From Octopus vulgaris (taxonomy: Eukaryota), in NCBI GenBank assembly GCA_951406725.2, contig OX597820.1:120900001-120964000 (forward strand): 64,000 nt of DNA. The letters are read 5' to 3'. Shown here piece after piece: positions 12,460 through 28,389 of the stretch; the first letter of the stretch is position 1; each line of letters begins with the position of its first letter. A program made the translations under genes and the position numbers. The notes under the pieces are model-generated. The model was not told the DNA's origin and ran no database searches. It worked only from the letters and a program-made list of their open reading frames with translations.

Positions 12460-12742
12460 ATGGTGAACCCTTGCATCACCTACGTCATATATTACTGCTT
12501 GACAGGATCGCCTGCTCTTCTGTTTTCTGTGAAACGGATGCTTTCGCCTGTACCAATGTGTAGAGGAAACATATATCAGTGACTTTAGAATATACGTGGA
12601 GAAGAGATCGTAGAGATTAGTTGGTAATTTGGAAGAAATCTGAAGATAATTCGGAAGAATTCAGCGTCTTTGTGAACCATCTCTGAAATTCATGAAGGAG
12701 ATAACCAACCTAAAATTATAAAATATAATGCTAACATCAAAA

Positions 12743-12827
<85 letters not shown>

Positions 12828-13106
12828 AGGCATTATTACACATAAATGCCGCACGCTAGGAGGGAATCTTAAAGTCAAAACTACCAAAATAAACATATCG
12901 TACCGAATGCAAGTCTCGAAGCAAGTCATTTAAAAACAGAATTTAGCCGCATATCACCAGTGATTTCGTAATCAACGCATTGTGTGCGTCCCTTACTCGT
13001 CCGTACAGCGATTCAATATATATAATGAATGAACAAAATCAACATACCAGACGAACAACCATCGCATCCACCGTAGCATATAGAACTGTTCACCCCTTAT
13101 ACATCT

Positions 13107-13187
13107 ATGTAAATGGCGGGCTTTTTCGAATTGCATTTCGGTACAAACGTGTTACCGAAATGCAATTCGAAAAAGCCCGCCATTTAC
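13107..13187. repeat. Perfect ~35-bp-arm palindrome inside a short dispersed repeat
   Basis: TGTAAATGGCGGGCTTTTTCGAATTGCATTTCGGTA / TACCGAAATGCAATTCGAAAAAGCCCGCCATTTACA. The adjacent 13190-13320 resembles parts of 59441-59660. Confidence 0.85.
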
Positions 13188-13353
13188 AGATTGGAGCAAT
13201 CTCAAGATTAATCAGCCGAAATTACGAGGATGATCCGGTTCTTGACTAAAGATTGAAGGTTTCGTGTTTTTTGTATCGTATTCTAAATGTTTTGCGTTCT
13301 TGTCCCAGTTTGTATTTTTTATACAGTTTAATACTACCTTGATAAACAGGTAT

Positions 13354-13758
13354 ATAGGCGCAGGAGTGGCTGCGTGGTAAGTAGCTTGCTTACCAACCAC
13401 ATGGTTCCAGGTTCAGGCCCACTGCGTGGCATCTTGGGCAAGTGTCTTCTGCTGTAGCCTCGGGCCGACCAAAGCCTTGTGAGTGGATTTGGTAGATGGA
13501 AACTGAAAGAAGCCCGTCGTATATATGTATATATATATGTGTGTATGTGTGTGTGTTTGTGTGTCTGTGTTTGTCCCCCTAGCATTGCTTGACATCCGAT
13601 GCTGGTGTGCTTATGTCCCCGTCACATAGCGGTTCGGCAAAAGAGACCGATAGAATAAGTACTGGGCTTACAGAAGAATAAGTCCCGGGGTCGAGTTGCT
13701 CGATTAAAGGCGGTGCTCCAGCATGGCCGCAGTCAAATGACTGAAACAAGTAAAAGAG
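13354..13758 (+). mobile_element. SINE family A, full length
   Basis: Near-consensus copy. Confidence 0.92.
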
Positions 13759-14013
13759 TCGACTGGTGCCCTACCATTCAAAGAAACACTTCCGCATTCA
13801 AATCTGACAATTCGTTCCCCTCTCTCAGTCTTCTCTCACTCTTTCACTTGTCCATTGCCTCTCAGCTTCTTACCATCCTTCTCGCTCTGCTCATGTTTTT
13901 GCTGCTATTTCCACCATTGTTGGTGTTGGCTGTCGTCGCCGTTGGTCGTCGCTTTATTTATTTCTTTCCTTCTTTCTTCTATTTGTCAACTCCATTACTA
14001 AAACGAAACAGCA

Positions 14014-15704
<1,691 letters not shown>

Positions 15705-16370
15705 AACCTATTTTCCCCACCTCTTCGCTATATTTCACTGTTTTATTATTTTTCCCTACCGCGCCATATTCTCTCTCTTCCAATATACTCCTTCACATTT
15801 CCTACTCGATTTCTCTTTCTTTTCGCTATTCTCATTCTTGCCTTTCTCCTTCTATTTCAAGCTCCAACTAATCTAATCCAGTCTTCTGACATATAAAAAC
15901 AAAAAACAAAAAAGAACAAAACAAACGTAAAAACATCCTTGTTTACTCCCAAGTCAGTCTATCGATAAAGGTTTCAGATACTGAAAGACGTCCCTCAAAC
16001 AAACATCACCTCTTTGATGATATATTTCAATGTGCAAAATATTTTTAATTTCATATGTTGCGCTGTTGTTTTTTTTCTTGTGTGTGTGCGTGTGTGTGTG
16101 TTTGTGTGTGTATGTTTGTGTGCGTGTGTCGATTTATTATTGTGATTTGTATTTTTTTTTCATTCGATCTCACTTTCTTTTATCCTTTGACCTGAAGCGT
16201 ATCCGTTGTGAAAATATATCTACATATTTATCTCACCATATTTTTGCTTACTTCCATATTAACATTATATATGCGTGTGTGTGTGTGTGCGTGTATGTGT
16301 GTATACATATACGCACGTATGAATACGTTCCCCCATACACCTAGTTATGTACACAAATATATAAATAACT

Positions 16371-16600
16371 GGCACTCCGTCGGTTACCACTTCGAGTATT
16401 CCACTTAATCAAATTTTCTTGCAAGTGGCTCAACACTCCACAGACACGCGTGTGACACAGAATTAGACAAAGCTGGTCCTTTGAAAAAAGAGGTACTATT
16501 CACTTTTATCAGGTGTGTGGACCGCAGCCACTTGGAATAAGTTGTCTTGCTCAAGAGAGACAATGCGCCGCCTCGAATCGAGCTCACAACCTCTAACCAC
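16371..16600 (-). mobile_element. Degenerate SINE (head D + tail 1)
   Basis: The tail GCACTCCGTCGGTTAC...CACTCCACAGACACG matches 29848 onward. The head/core TGTCTTGCTCAAG matches the 59810-type family. Confidence 0.65.
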
Positions 16601-17038
16601 GAAATCATGTTTCTTCACGCATATACATATATAAGTATGTGTGTGTGTATAATTTATATATGCATATATATACGTAAATGTCCAAAACTGAAAATGAGGG
16701 TGCAACACGGCCTTGGTGGATATAATTTCTTTATTTGTAAATTAAGGCTACTGTTGGTTTCGTGACAAGAAAACTAGGAAAGACTCCTAGTGTCTTAGCA
16801 GTTCTTCAAGCCAGTCACATGGAAGATGTTTACCTCCATTTTGGAAAACACAGCCTCGTTTAGTTCGGGAATTCACGTAAATAGAACAATGAATCATGCG
16901 ACGTTAATCTTTGGTGGCATTTTTGGCATGTTTGTCTCACTTGGATTTCTCTTTAATGATGCAAATTGTTGCCTGGCCAATTTGCATTATTTTCTTGTTT
17001 TTGTTCTGGGCATCGTGTTCTTATATTTGTGTGTGTAT

Positions 17039-17126
<88 letters not shown>

Positions 17127-17390
17127 GTGGAATATTTGTTTTTCCTGGCTTCTTTGCCGATGAGACGGGCCAGCGGTAAATTGACTTGATTAATTTTAAT
17201 TTAATTTAATTAGGCTGGTTTGCCAAAAAGTACGTCCAAACTATGCATAGTCCAAAGATGATTCGGGTAAATGTTTTTAATTTTCCTTTGATTTCTGAAT
17301 TACCACTATTTAGCGGTTTGAGTTTAGCTGCTCGTTTTAGTGAGTTGAATGGCCTATTAAGGCCATTCCTTAATATATGATATATATATA

Positions 17391-17472
<82 letters not shown>

Positions 17473-17499
17473 TTTATGTATGTATTTATTTCTTGTTGT

Positions 17500-17548
17500 T
17501 CTTTTATTTGTTTCAGTCATTTGACTGCGGCAATGCTAGAGCACCGCC

Positions 17549-17550
<2 letters not shown>
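17500..17550 (-). mobile_element. 3' tail fragment of SINE family A
   Basis: TGTTTCAGTCATTTGACTGCGGCAATGCTAGAGCACCGCC is the reverse complement of the family A 3' end. Confidence 0.8.
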
Positions 17551-17600
<50 letters not shown>

Positions 17601-17930
17601 CATATGTCTGTGGTATGTCAATTCCAATAGGAAATAATGGAAATAATCTTTTGTCATCACAAATGGAGAATGTGGATTCGTACATACCATGTGTTGTTCA
17701 TTCCAAGTGGTCTTTGGAATTTACATACCACGGACAGAACGTATTTCTAACTCTTCTACACACAACTTTCCTTGGATAATGGAACTGCAACTATAACAAC
17801 TTTACACATTTTTATTCCTATTTCTACATTCATTCTCCTATTTCCCTACACACTCCTCATTTGCTCCCTTTTTCAAAAGAGCCCTTCATATCGAACTCTA
17901 ATATTTCCCTCTAATTAAACATCTCACTTC

Positions 17931-17978
17931 GTCTCTGATGAAAGGATATCCCTAATATCCGAGAAACAGCTGTAAGAC
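17931..17978 (+). ncRNA. Type-I hammerhead ribozyme motif (Penelope/retrozyme-like)
   Basis: GTCT-CTGATGA-aa-GGATAT-cccta-ATATCC-ga-GAAA-CAGCTG-TA-AGAC. Stem I is GUCU/AGAC, the core is intact, stem II has 6 bp, stem III is palindromic and the cleavage triplet is GUA. Confidence 0.8.
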
Positions 17979-18200
17979 TAACTTTCTCTTTATACATGAC
18001 CTGAAAATTCCACAGAGTTGGCTCTCTTGTCTCGATTTATTTCACATATACATACTCATAAACGACCCGCAGTAGACTCCTCACTCCTTTCATTATGGAA
18101 ATGAGAGTTTAACTATGGTCCATCCGTAGCACTTACATTGCGTTACCTACCACCATGGGTCTTCTGGATACCAATACCTCTCATATCTCTCTATATATAT

Positions 18201-18275
<75 letters not shown>

Positions 18276-18325
18276 TATATATATATATGCATATATAGAT
18301 AAGTTTGTATATACACATATGCCAT

Positions 18326-18500
18326 TGAGCTGGCGCACTTATCACGCCGAGCAAAATGCTTTGCACTGTTTCGTCCGTCCTTACGTTCTCGGTTCCAATC
18401 TCCATTTTGTCTTTCGTTCTTTCGGTGTCGACAAAAATAGTCCCAGTTGATCACTGGGGTCGCAATTACCCTCTCCCACTAACTTGCTGGTTTTGTCAAA
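18326..18500 (+). mobile_element. Degenerate Meta-domain SINE (family B)
   Basis: Diverged GAGCTGGC head and CTTTCGTTCTTTCGGTGTCGACAAAA core. Confidence 0.6.
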
Positions 18501-18530
18501 ATTTGACGTTGACGTCTATGCATGTATGTA

Positions 18531-18566
<36 letters not shown>

Positions 18567-18632
18567 CTCGTTTCTCTTTTTTCACGTTTCCTTGATGTCC
18601 TGTACCCATATATGCATGTATATATACATATA

Positions 18633-18865
18633 TATTTCTTTACTACCCACAAGGGGCTAAACACAGAGGGGACAAACAAGGTCAGACAAAGGGATTAAGT
18701 CGATTACATCGACCCCAGTGCGCAACTGGTACTTAATTTATCGACCCCGAAAGGATGAAAGGCAAAGTCGACCTCGGCGGAATTTGAACTCAGAACGTAA
18801 CAGCAGACGAAAAACGGCCACGCATTTCGCCCGGCATGCTAACGTTTCTGCCAGCTCGCCGCCTT
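18633..18865 (-). mobile_element. Meta-domain SINE (family B)
   Basis: On the minus strand, head GGCGAGCTGGCAGAAACGTTAGC, B-box-like GAGTTCAAATTCC, and GCCTTTCATCCTTTCGGGGTCGATAAATTAAGTACCAG, which resembles the MetaSINE central domain. Confidence 0.85.
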
Positions 18866-18950
18866 ATATATACATATATATATACATATATATGTAGGTA
18901 TGTACATATCTGTATGTATATATGCATATACTTATATATTATTCACATTA

Positions 18951-18991
<41 letters not shown>

Positions 18992-19737
18992 CATATGTAT
19001 ATATATATATAGGCGTACGTATTATGTACAGACAATTACTACAACCTACTTCATTTCTACACATTAAGCTACCGCACGTGTTTGAAAATGTGTGCAACGA
19101 AAGCTGCTATACATAAGATATACACTATACATGTGTGTCTGTCTCTCTGTCTGTATGTTTTTGTGTATGTGTGTGTATAGAAAGACAGAAAGGGAGGAAT
19201 AAGAATGATAGGTAGAGGGAGAGATAGAAGCTTTCGTATGGGTCGGGTCTTGTTCAATTATAATGTCCGATGTGGTTATGTGGCTCCGTACGTGCTTGTC
19301 CCTTTCATTAACTTTAATAAGTCTGTATCGGATATTTGAATATACATTTGTAACATATCGTATCATATATGTTTCTAGGACTCCAGGACCCATGTTCACG
19401 GCAAACAAAGGGAAAAAAAACCAAGCATTTGTTTCCATTTCCTTGACTTCTGTAAACTGCAATCACGAAATGGAATTTTTCAAGCATCCACTGATTGGTG
19501 CAATGATATATTATGCAACGATGCAAGAAGACCTCCTCACTGGGGGCTGCAATTTCCTTTACAATGAATGTAGTCATGCCACTGTGTAGAAGCATAATTG
19601 CAGAATACATATTTATTATCCTTCCTATTGTTGTTTTCATGGCGTTGTATATATATATATATATATATATCTTTGGTTCTGTCTATCTGCTTCTCTCTCC
19701 ATATATGTGCGTACGTGATTGTGTGTATCTCTCTCTC

Positions 19738-19787
<50 letters not shown>

Positions 19788-19976
19788 TATGTACTCACGC
19801 ATGCACTGAACAAAATCGAGCGGTCTAGTGTGTACCATTTTGATTCTAGAAAATGTACGGACAATGCCAATTCTGCTACGTCTAATATTAATGAAAACTG
19901 TAGCAACAACAACAACAACAAGAATAATATCTATTATTGTTATTATTATTATTATCATTATTATTATTATTATTAC

Positions 19977-20007
<31 letters not shown>

Positions 20008-21631
20008 GTTAGCAACAGCAGAAGAATGATAAGTGTTACTTCATTCGTTGGAACAAGACGACATATTTTTAGGGAAGCATACGTTCGAGTTAATTGCTAC
20101 TTATTTCTGCGGCTCAGTGGAATGCTAAACTTGGCTTAGCAACACACTGCCAGGCATTAATTCCAAATCTCTGCTACTCTGTCATCAGATGGAACATTTT
20201 TTCAGCTTCTTTTTCTTACATTTACAAAATGAAAACTTCCAGAAAGAAAAAGTGTAGTATTCGTAAAAAAAAAAATATAAGACTACGAGAGAATAAAAAA
20301 TAATCGAGCAATTATGGAATTCCTCACATTGTTTTCAAACTACAAATTTTAAAAATATCTATGTTGTTAATTTTATCAAGTTTAGTCTATGCTTGATACG
20401 TATCTGGTTCACCTCCCTCTAAGGGAAGGATAAGCTATACGTTTGTACCTGGAAGTTATTTCGTAATATCCTTATTGTGTAAAACCACACGAGCCCTCAT
20501 TTAGAATACCTATATTTACAGGCGTTCCAGCTGTGCACATCACCACTTCTTTTCCCCATCCTTGTGTTTTTAGGCAGTAGATTAGCTGGATCTTTTAATA
20601 TTACTTCAGTCAGGATGAACACAGAATTTTCACTACTATCCCATGGTTGCTATTAGCGTTGGTTGTCACGTGCTCTCAGACCACAGATCGAGAAGATGTG
20701 TAGGAGGCAATCCCACGGGCAATGTAAAGATCGTTTTTACCTGTATTCATATGCTCTAAAGTAATAATCCAACTACACATAATTATGTGGTCAGTAACAT
20801 AGTAATTATTTACTTAATAACTTATACTGTTATTGTCATTAATTAATCCTACCTCATCCTCTTACGGTTGCCTTTTACAACACATAGAACAAACGCTGGG
20901 TCTAATCATCAAAAAAGAGTTTTGGCTTTGTTTATCGAAACATTTAAAATTACTTTTTATTCCAATAAGCCTTATATAGTGCAGAATGAAATATGATGCG
21001 GTGTATAACGAAAATTCAGCTACAAAATATATTTGTAATGCAGTCATCACAGTTTGTAGAGTTAAGGATGCTAGGCAAGCTCGAAATTACCAATCTAAAC
21101 TATCAATGCATTTAAAAATAAAGGAAAGATAACATCAAAACACTTACACATATGCATATGTGCAGATATATGTATGTGTGTGTGTTTGTGTGTATGTGTG
21201 CGTGTGTGTGTATGTGTGTAGTTGAGGGGCATATGATACATGCACAAACGAACGCAAGACAGACGTAGAAAGCCACCAACTCTTCATCTGTTATCGGCCA
21301 GAAGGTCGAACGCAATTTCGCACCATTGACGATAATGATACTTTCCTTCTGGTGATATCATCCTAAGAAGCGGCGGAGAAACGGGACTAGAATCTTAACA
21401 GGACGAGAAGGAACAAACAATGAATAAAAACACAAGCCACACAGAAGTGGACATACGAATATGAATAAATGTGATTGAAGACGAGGCCATAGGTGGATGG
21501 ATGAGGGGAAAAGACAAAAGAAATAAACAGAATAAAGCTTTAGAACCAGACAGAGACGAAAGTATGTGTGTGTGAGTGCGTGAGTGTGTGTATGTGCGTG
21601 TGTGTGAGTTTGTGTGTGTGTGTGTGTATAT

Positions 21632-21708
<77 letters not shown>

Positions 21709-23200
21709 TAGATAGGTAGATAGATAGATAGATAGATAGATATAGATATAGATATGTATATATGTATAGATATGTGTGTGTGTACATTTTTAGCAAGTTG
21801 AAAGGTATGGCCGGTCATAGAGTGACCGATGGTTTTGCACCTATAAGACGCTTAGTATTATAGGCGACTCGTCAGATTCAGATGGTTAAAGGCGAGTAAC
21901 CTCTCTACAATTGGAGGAAGAAATACGTAAAGGTCAGTTGGTTTTGTAAGCAAAAAATAATTGTGCGTGCTGAAGTCAGGACAGAATTATGCCCCCTTAC
22001 ATGGGTTCCAGCTTTGGTGATATTCTAAGGAGCTTGGTAGGGCAAGAATCTTTAAAAACTCATCCGATTTAGGGACCTTTCTAAACTGCAGGTAAAATGT
22101 GTTAATCTAAAACGTTTCTTTCTACAGACTTGGAATTCCCCTTTCGCTGAATAAGCCCGCGTTTTATCACAGCTTTAATGTAAAAGAGACTTGATTTCAT
22201 CGAGACAACAGGTTCCCTAATTTCTTCTTCCATAGCTTAAAAGAATTCCCTGATGAAAGAGAAAGAAGAACTAATTTCCGACGTCATAAATGACGCTGCA
22301 TTCGCATTTCTTTCGCACTTAGTTACATAGTAAGCGCGTCCGACTGAACAACACATTTTGTGATTCGACAACGCATGTTTATCAGAAATTAATATACACA
22401 CGCGTACATACATGTGTGGGATAGAAAATGAAAAAGAAGAAAATTAAAATAAAAAAAGATGTAGAAAAATTTGAAGAAATGGTGGGGGAGGAGGAGGAAA
22501 AATATAAATTTCAAGATAAAAAATATAGTTCAAATATAAACTAAAAGTTAACTATAGTTGTGTGTAGACATGTGTGTGAGAGAGAGTGGAGGAGAGACAA
22601 TATGTGTATATGTGTGTGTGTGTGTGTGTGCGTGCGAGTGTGTTTCACTGTTTGGTAGTAGGGATGCTGTTTGTGATTATTTTAAGCTGATACATATGAG
22701 ACAGGGCTTTGCTTTCTTCATCAGTTTCCGTTTTGTATTTCCATTATGAAATTTGCGATGTAACTGAGCAGGTTGTGAAAAGAAAGGTTCTAGGGGAAAC
22801 CTTACACACCGTTTCTCTATTTCTGTTTCGTTTGTTGTTGTTGCCGTTATTGTTATTGTTGTTGTTTTGCCCACAGGTTATCTCTTCGAAAAACATCAAG
22901 TCTTTCGAGTCATGAGAGCCATGCGTTCGGCTGAGGCACACTTCATTTTGAAGTCCTGCATTAAATGCGTCATTCGCCGTCAATGTAAGAGTGTACTGTG
23001 ATTTGAGGGCGACGTGACAACTATTTCTAGTAGGTCGACTATTGAATTTGAGGGTCCCTTGCCATTGCTCGATAATGTGTTGTTGTTACGGTTCAGTGGA
23101 GCAAAACATTACTGAGTCGTGACGACCATCCCAATGAGCTGAAGAATTAAGGATGGAAATGAAGCGGAAGCAATTAAATAAACAACATGGATGACAATGA

Positions 23201-23257
<57 letters not shown>

Positions 23258-23270
23258 CAGTAGTAGTGGC

Positions 23271-23332
<62 letters not shown>

Positions 23333-23405
23333 CGTCGTCGTTATTTTTTGTTGTTGTTGTTTGGTGGTGCTGGTTCTGTTGCTGGTGTAGCTGCGAGGAG
23401 AAGAA

Positions 23406-23441
<36 letters not shown>

Positions 23442-23519
23442 GAGAAAAGTAATGAAGAAACTGATGGCAGAGAAAAAATACTAAGAGAAATGTTGATGAT
23501 AATACTGATGATGATCGTG

Positions 23520-23658
<139 letters not shown>

Positions 23659-23720
23659 TTGTTACTTTTAGTTGTCGTATACTATGTACGCTTTGCTTGT
23701 TTGTTCTATTGTATACGATA

Positions 23721-23950
23721 GGTGGCGAGCTGGCAGAAACGTTAGCACGCCGGGCGAAATGCGTAGCCGTATTTCGTCTGTCGTTGCGTTCTGGGTTCAA
23801 ATTCCGCCGAGGTCGACTTTGCCTTTCATCCTTTTGGGGTCGATAAATTAAGTACCATTTACGCACTGGGTCGATGTAATCGACTTAATCCGTTTGTCTG
23901 TCCTTGTTTGTCCCCTCTGTGTTTAGCCCCTTGTGTGTAGTAAAGAAATA
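23721..23950 (+). mobile_element. Meta-domain SINE (family B) with 9-bp TSD
   Basis: TSD TATACGATA at 23712-23720 and 23951-23959. Confidence 0.9.
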
Positions 23951-24048
23951 TATACGATATCATCTCGTTATACGTAAAACTCCACAGTCTTTGTATTCTC
24001 ACCCGCATTCTATGCCCTCATGGCAAATAAATGAAATCATTATCATCG

Positions 24049-24079
<31 letters not shown>

Positions 24080-24080
<1 letters not shown>

Positions 24081-24621
24081 GAGTGAGAGAGCAGTGCATG
24101 CCATCAAAGTGACACTGGGGTAAAATATACGAAGCCCAATATACCCATCATGACTACCCGTCTGACAAAGGTACACCAGGCACATGCATCACAACCATAT
24201 GTGCACGACATGGTGATCTCATATCAAGATAAACAGCACATGACCTTGCAGGTGGGGCCCAGTTAGAATTTTCTTCAGGTTGAGTAGCCCATCCCGCTCA
24301 AGCGGTCTCTGAATAAGGGTTGTTTAAGGATGTTGAAAGAACCATCCATGTTTCCAGAGGTGAACTATTCAAACCCCAAAGAATCCCTCTCAACACATGT
24401 CTATGATGCTCCCCCACTACTTCTGCTCGTGATCAGAGATGCACATATCACCAGCCACTAAGGGACATGCTCAACTGGTTAAAGTCAAACAACTGACAAG
24501 CAAATCTGTGGTATTGAGCAGAATATTTGCTGTAGCCCATCTTTTATACCAAGACAAAACAATGTACATGATAACACTTCCAATCAGTTAAGATCAGAAG
24601 CCATGAGAGCCACTGCCTGGT
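24080..24621. mobile_element. ~540-bp dispersed repeat embedded in (TTA)n, copy 1
   Basis: Direct, diverged copy of 24706-25242, bounded by trinucleotide arrays on both sides. Confidence 0.8.
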
Positions 24622-24641
24622 CATCATCATCATCATCATCA

Positions 24642-24703
<62 letters not shown>

Positions 24704-24705
24704 AT

Positions 24706-25377
<672 letters not shown>

Positions 25378-25387
25378 CATTATTATT

Positions 25388-25456
25388 CAGGTCACTGCCT
25401 AGAATCGAACTCGGAATCTTGGCGTTAGTAGCCCGCGCTCTTAACCACTACACCCA
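25388..25456 (-). other. tRNA-like Pol III head (SINE head or pseudo-tRNA) running into (AAT)n
   Basis: The minus strand reads TGGGTGTAGTGGTTAAGAGCGCGGGCTACTAACGCCAAGATTCCGAGTTCGATTCTAGGCAGTGACC. A and B boxes are present, but the acceptor and anticodon stems pair poorly. Confidence 0.65.
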
Positions 25457-25473
25457 CATGCATATGACGTTGT

Positions 25474-25684
25474 GCAGGAGTGGCTGTGTGGTAAGTAGCT
25501 TGTTTACCAACCACATGGTTCCGGGTTCAGTCCCACTGCGTGGCACCTTGGGCAAGTGTCTTCTACTATAGCCTCGGGCCGACCAAAGCCTTGTGAGTGG
25601 ATTTGGTAGACGGAAACTGAAAGAAGCCCGTCGTATATATGTATATATATATATATATATATGCGTGTGTGTGTGTGTGTGTCT
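25474..25684 (+). mobile_element. SINE family A, 5' half
   Basis: Head and core are present. The copy breaks off in the internal (TG) tract. Confidence 0.88.
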
Positions 25685-25785
25685 AACAACAACAACAACA
25701 AATAATAATAACAACAACAACAATAATAACAACAACAACAACAACAACAAAAACAACAACAACAACAACAGCAACAGCAACAATG

Positions 25786-25842
<57 letters not shown>

Positions 25843-25889
25843 TCGAAAAATATCTTAGGAATGAGAACCCCGGTTCGAAATTTGCCCGA

Positions 25890-25935
25890 GACACCTGATG
25901 AAGGTTGGAGGGTATATTAGTCGAAACGTTGTGTT
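25890..25935 (+). ncRNA. Minimal type-I hammerhead ribozyme motif
   Basis: GACAC-CTGATGA-aggttggagggtatattagtc-GAAA-CG-TT-GTGTT. The core is intact, stem III is the palindrome AACGUU and stem II is wobble-rich. Confidence 0.75.
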
Positions 25936-27779
25936 AACAACTAACAAGATGAGGAAAAATATCCGTCAAATGTAAATAGTATATGTAATCGGTTATGTTT
26001 TAGAAAGCTTATAAAATTCATATAAGAAAGTTGTGATGCGTTATAAAATTGAATACTGTTTCTTTAGGTACAAATAATTGGCTACATCAGGTGCTAAGTG
26101 TAGATGAAAGAGAGAACAAGGTCGGTTAGAAATATAAAATATGGTTTGCTGTAAAATGTAAAAACGACGCGACTAACTATTGCTTTTAATTGGTATATAA
26201 AAATACAAATCATAATTTTTCACATTTCGTTTTGTAATTTTTAAATAGTCCAAACAGTATTATTGGATATGGTTTACTGCATATGCAAGTAAAGGATAAC
26301 ATGAGATTTATGGTTTGGTTGTTCCATATTACCTGATGGTACTTGATGTTACTCTTTTATCGTGTAATGGGGTAAGAAGTGGTTCATATTCTCCAGTCAC
26401 AGAGAAAATAATTATGTCCCCAGTCAAAACGGAGTTTCGATTCAAGTACGGACTCCGAAAATCTTGGCACATTTTTACATGTTCTTGCACCGGTGAATCG
26501 TTTTACCAGATTCCTCATTCTCAGTACTGAAATATGACAGTAAATGTTTGAAAATGTACAGAGGAACGATGAATATGAAATGCTTTGTTCGTATCTGTCA
26601 ATATCCTTAAGAGTGCTTTTGTCTTGTTATAAAATGTTACCAGTGACATCTCCCCACAAACCAGGTGGCACACTAACAACCCTCAGGAATAGACTATTTA
26701 TGTTAGTTGACCTGAAACAACTTCGTTTATATTGACGTGTCCCCTATTCATCTACCATGCATGTTGTTGGGTTACATCTTCACAAAGAGTGAATTAAACA
26801 GCTGTATCTATCTCTATATGTTCGTGAACATATACGGAGAAATAAAGGAATGAAGATACGAATATATTGAGGCGTGAATGTATCAAAGAATCAAGGAATG
26901 AATAAGTAGATCTATAAATATGTGGCTGAATGGCTGTATAAATGAACGAATTCTACAATATATGAATATAGGAATGATTGAATGCATGAATGAACAAATG
27001 AATTTATACTTCAGGGAATATTTGGATTAATGTTGTGCTTGGTATTTTCTGGTTCGAAGCTAAGATGGTGTCAGACACCATGCTGTGGTAACTAGAATTT
27101 ACATTATCGTTCCATCGTACATCAGACGACATTTCACAACCAAATGGTCCACTTCAACCAGCTGGAAGCAGACTCAATACAACATTACCACAGGCAATTC
27201 TAAATTTTTGCAGAAAACTATAATTGATGAATAATAATCTACCTTGCAATGTCGACGACATACAAATCCTACCACCTACCTGGCATTAAAAAATACATAG
27301 AAACTTTGGCAGGTTAGCTTGTATTTAATTTAATCTTAGTGAGGAAGAGTTTATTCACGAACTTACCACAAGATGAATCGACGATACAAACATCACCGAG
27401 ATTTTGTCTAATATTACAGCTAGAAAAGTTGAGAACGTGAACAGAAATTAGCTGAGATCGAACCCACACCCGCACACAACACTTAACCAAATCGACCACT
27501 GATACAAAAAGGGGTACGTTTGCACATTTATTTTTAATCACTACAATTGTTTCCACGCAACATAGTTCTCAGGTGTGCAGGTATTTGATTATGCAACTAT
27601 TTCCCCGCGTTGTGAGATCTCGTTGTGCTTTCTCAGGTGATATGTAAATAGTGTCTCCGTAAGTTTAAAATCTTCGGTTTCTAGAACATCCTCTCTGTAC
27701 GTTGTGACCTGAATTTAGTAGTAGTCACTTAGTTTATATGGGTGTGTTGTTGCTGAAGGACCATTGGCCACCTGCTTTG

Positions 27780-27940
27780 AATGCTGTTAGCATTCGGTCA
27801 CCTTCAGAATGCCTATGATTTCACCGAGCCATCCGTACTGTTGTTTTTCTCGGAACGCCCGTTCTTTGCCAGTCTTTTTATTATCCAGTGGCTTGGTAAA
27901 GCTTCCATGCTCGAACACAAGCCGTTCCCCTGCATCCTAA
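27780..27940 (-). pseudogene. Possible decayed Tc1-like transposase N-terminal fragment
   Basis: The minus strand gives RTGVPRKTTVR (compare RxGRPRKTTxR). Stops and degeneracy surround it. Confidence 0.3.
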
Positions 27941-28389
27941 TTGCTTGCTAATGTTCATGAAGGAAACATTTTGCTGATGAAGCAACACGATCTTTGATCC
28001 AGTAACTGGACAGATATTACGAAGCTTTCCCATTGTGAATTAATATGTAACAATGCTTGATTATTAAACAAAACAGTGCAGTATGACCGACCAGTCATAA
28101 GACCACCCACTTGGTTTATTAATTTGCATAATTTTGGTACGGTCTTAAACTTATTTCGCCGACAATTTCCAATCATTTGAATTAAATGCACATTAAAATT
28201 ATTCAAATTTTAGAAGGATATATAACGATTACATCATTTGAAAGAGAAAATAGTTCTACATAAACTGTAATAAGTAAAATAATTATAGTTAATTTTTAAA
28301 AAGTAAATTAATGAAGGAACAGAACTGTCTTAAAATTATTTTGGCCAGTGTAAATTAAAGCAAAACAAAAACATGACATAATCATAGAA

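Noticed and set aside
25388-25456. Functional tRNA gene
   Set aside because: A and B boxes are present, but the acceptor and anticodon stems do not pair properly and it runs into (AAT)n. I kept it as a SINE-like head.
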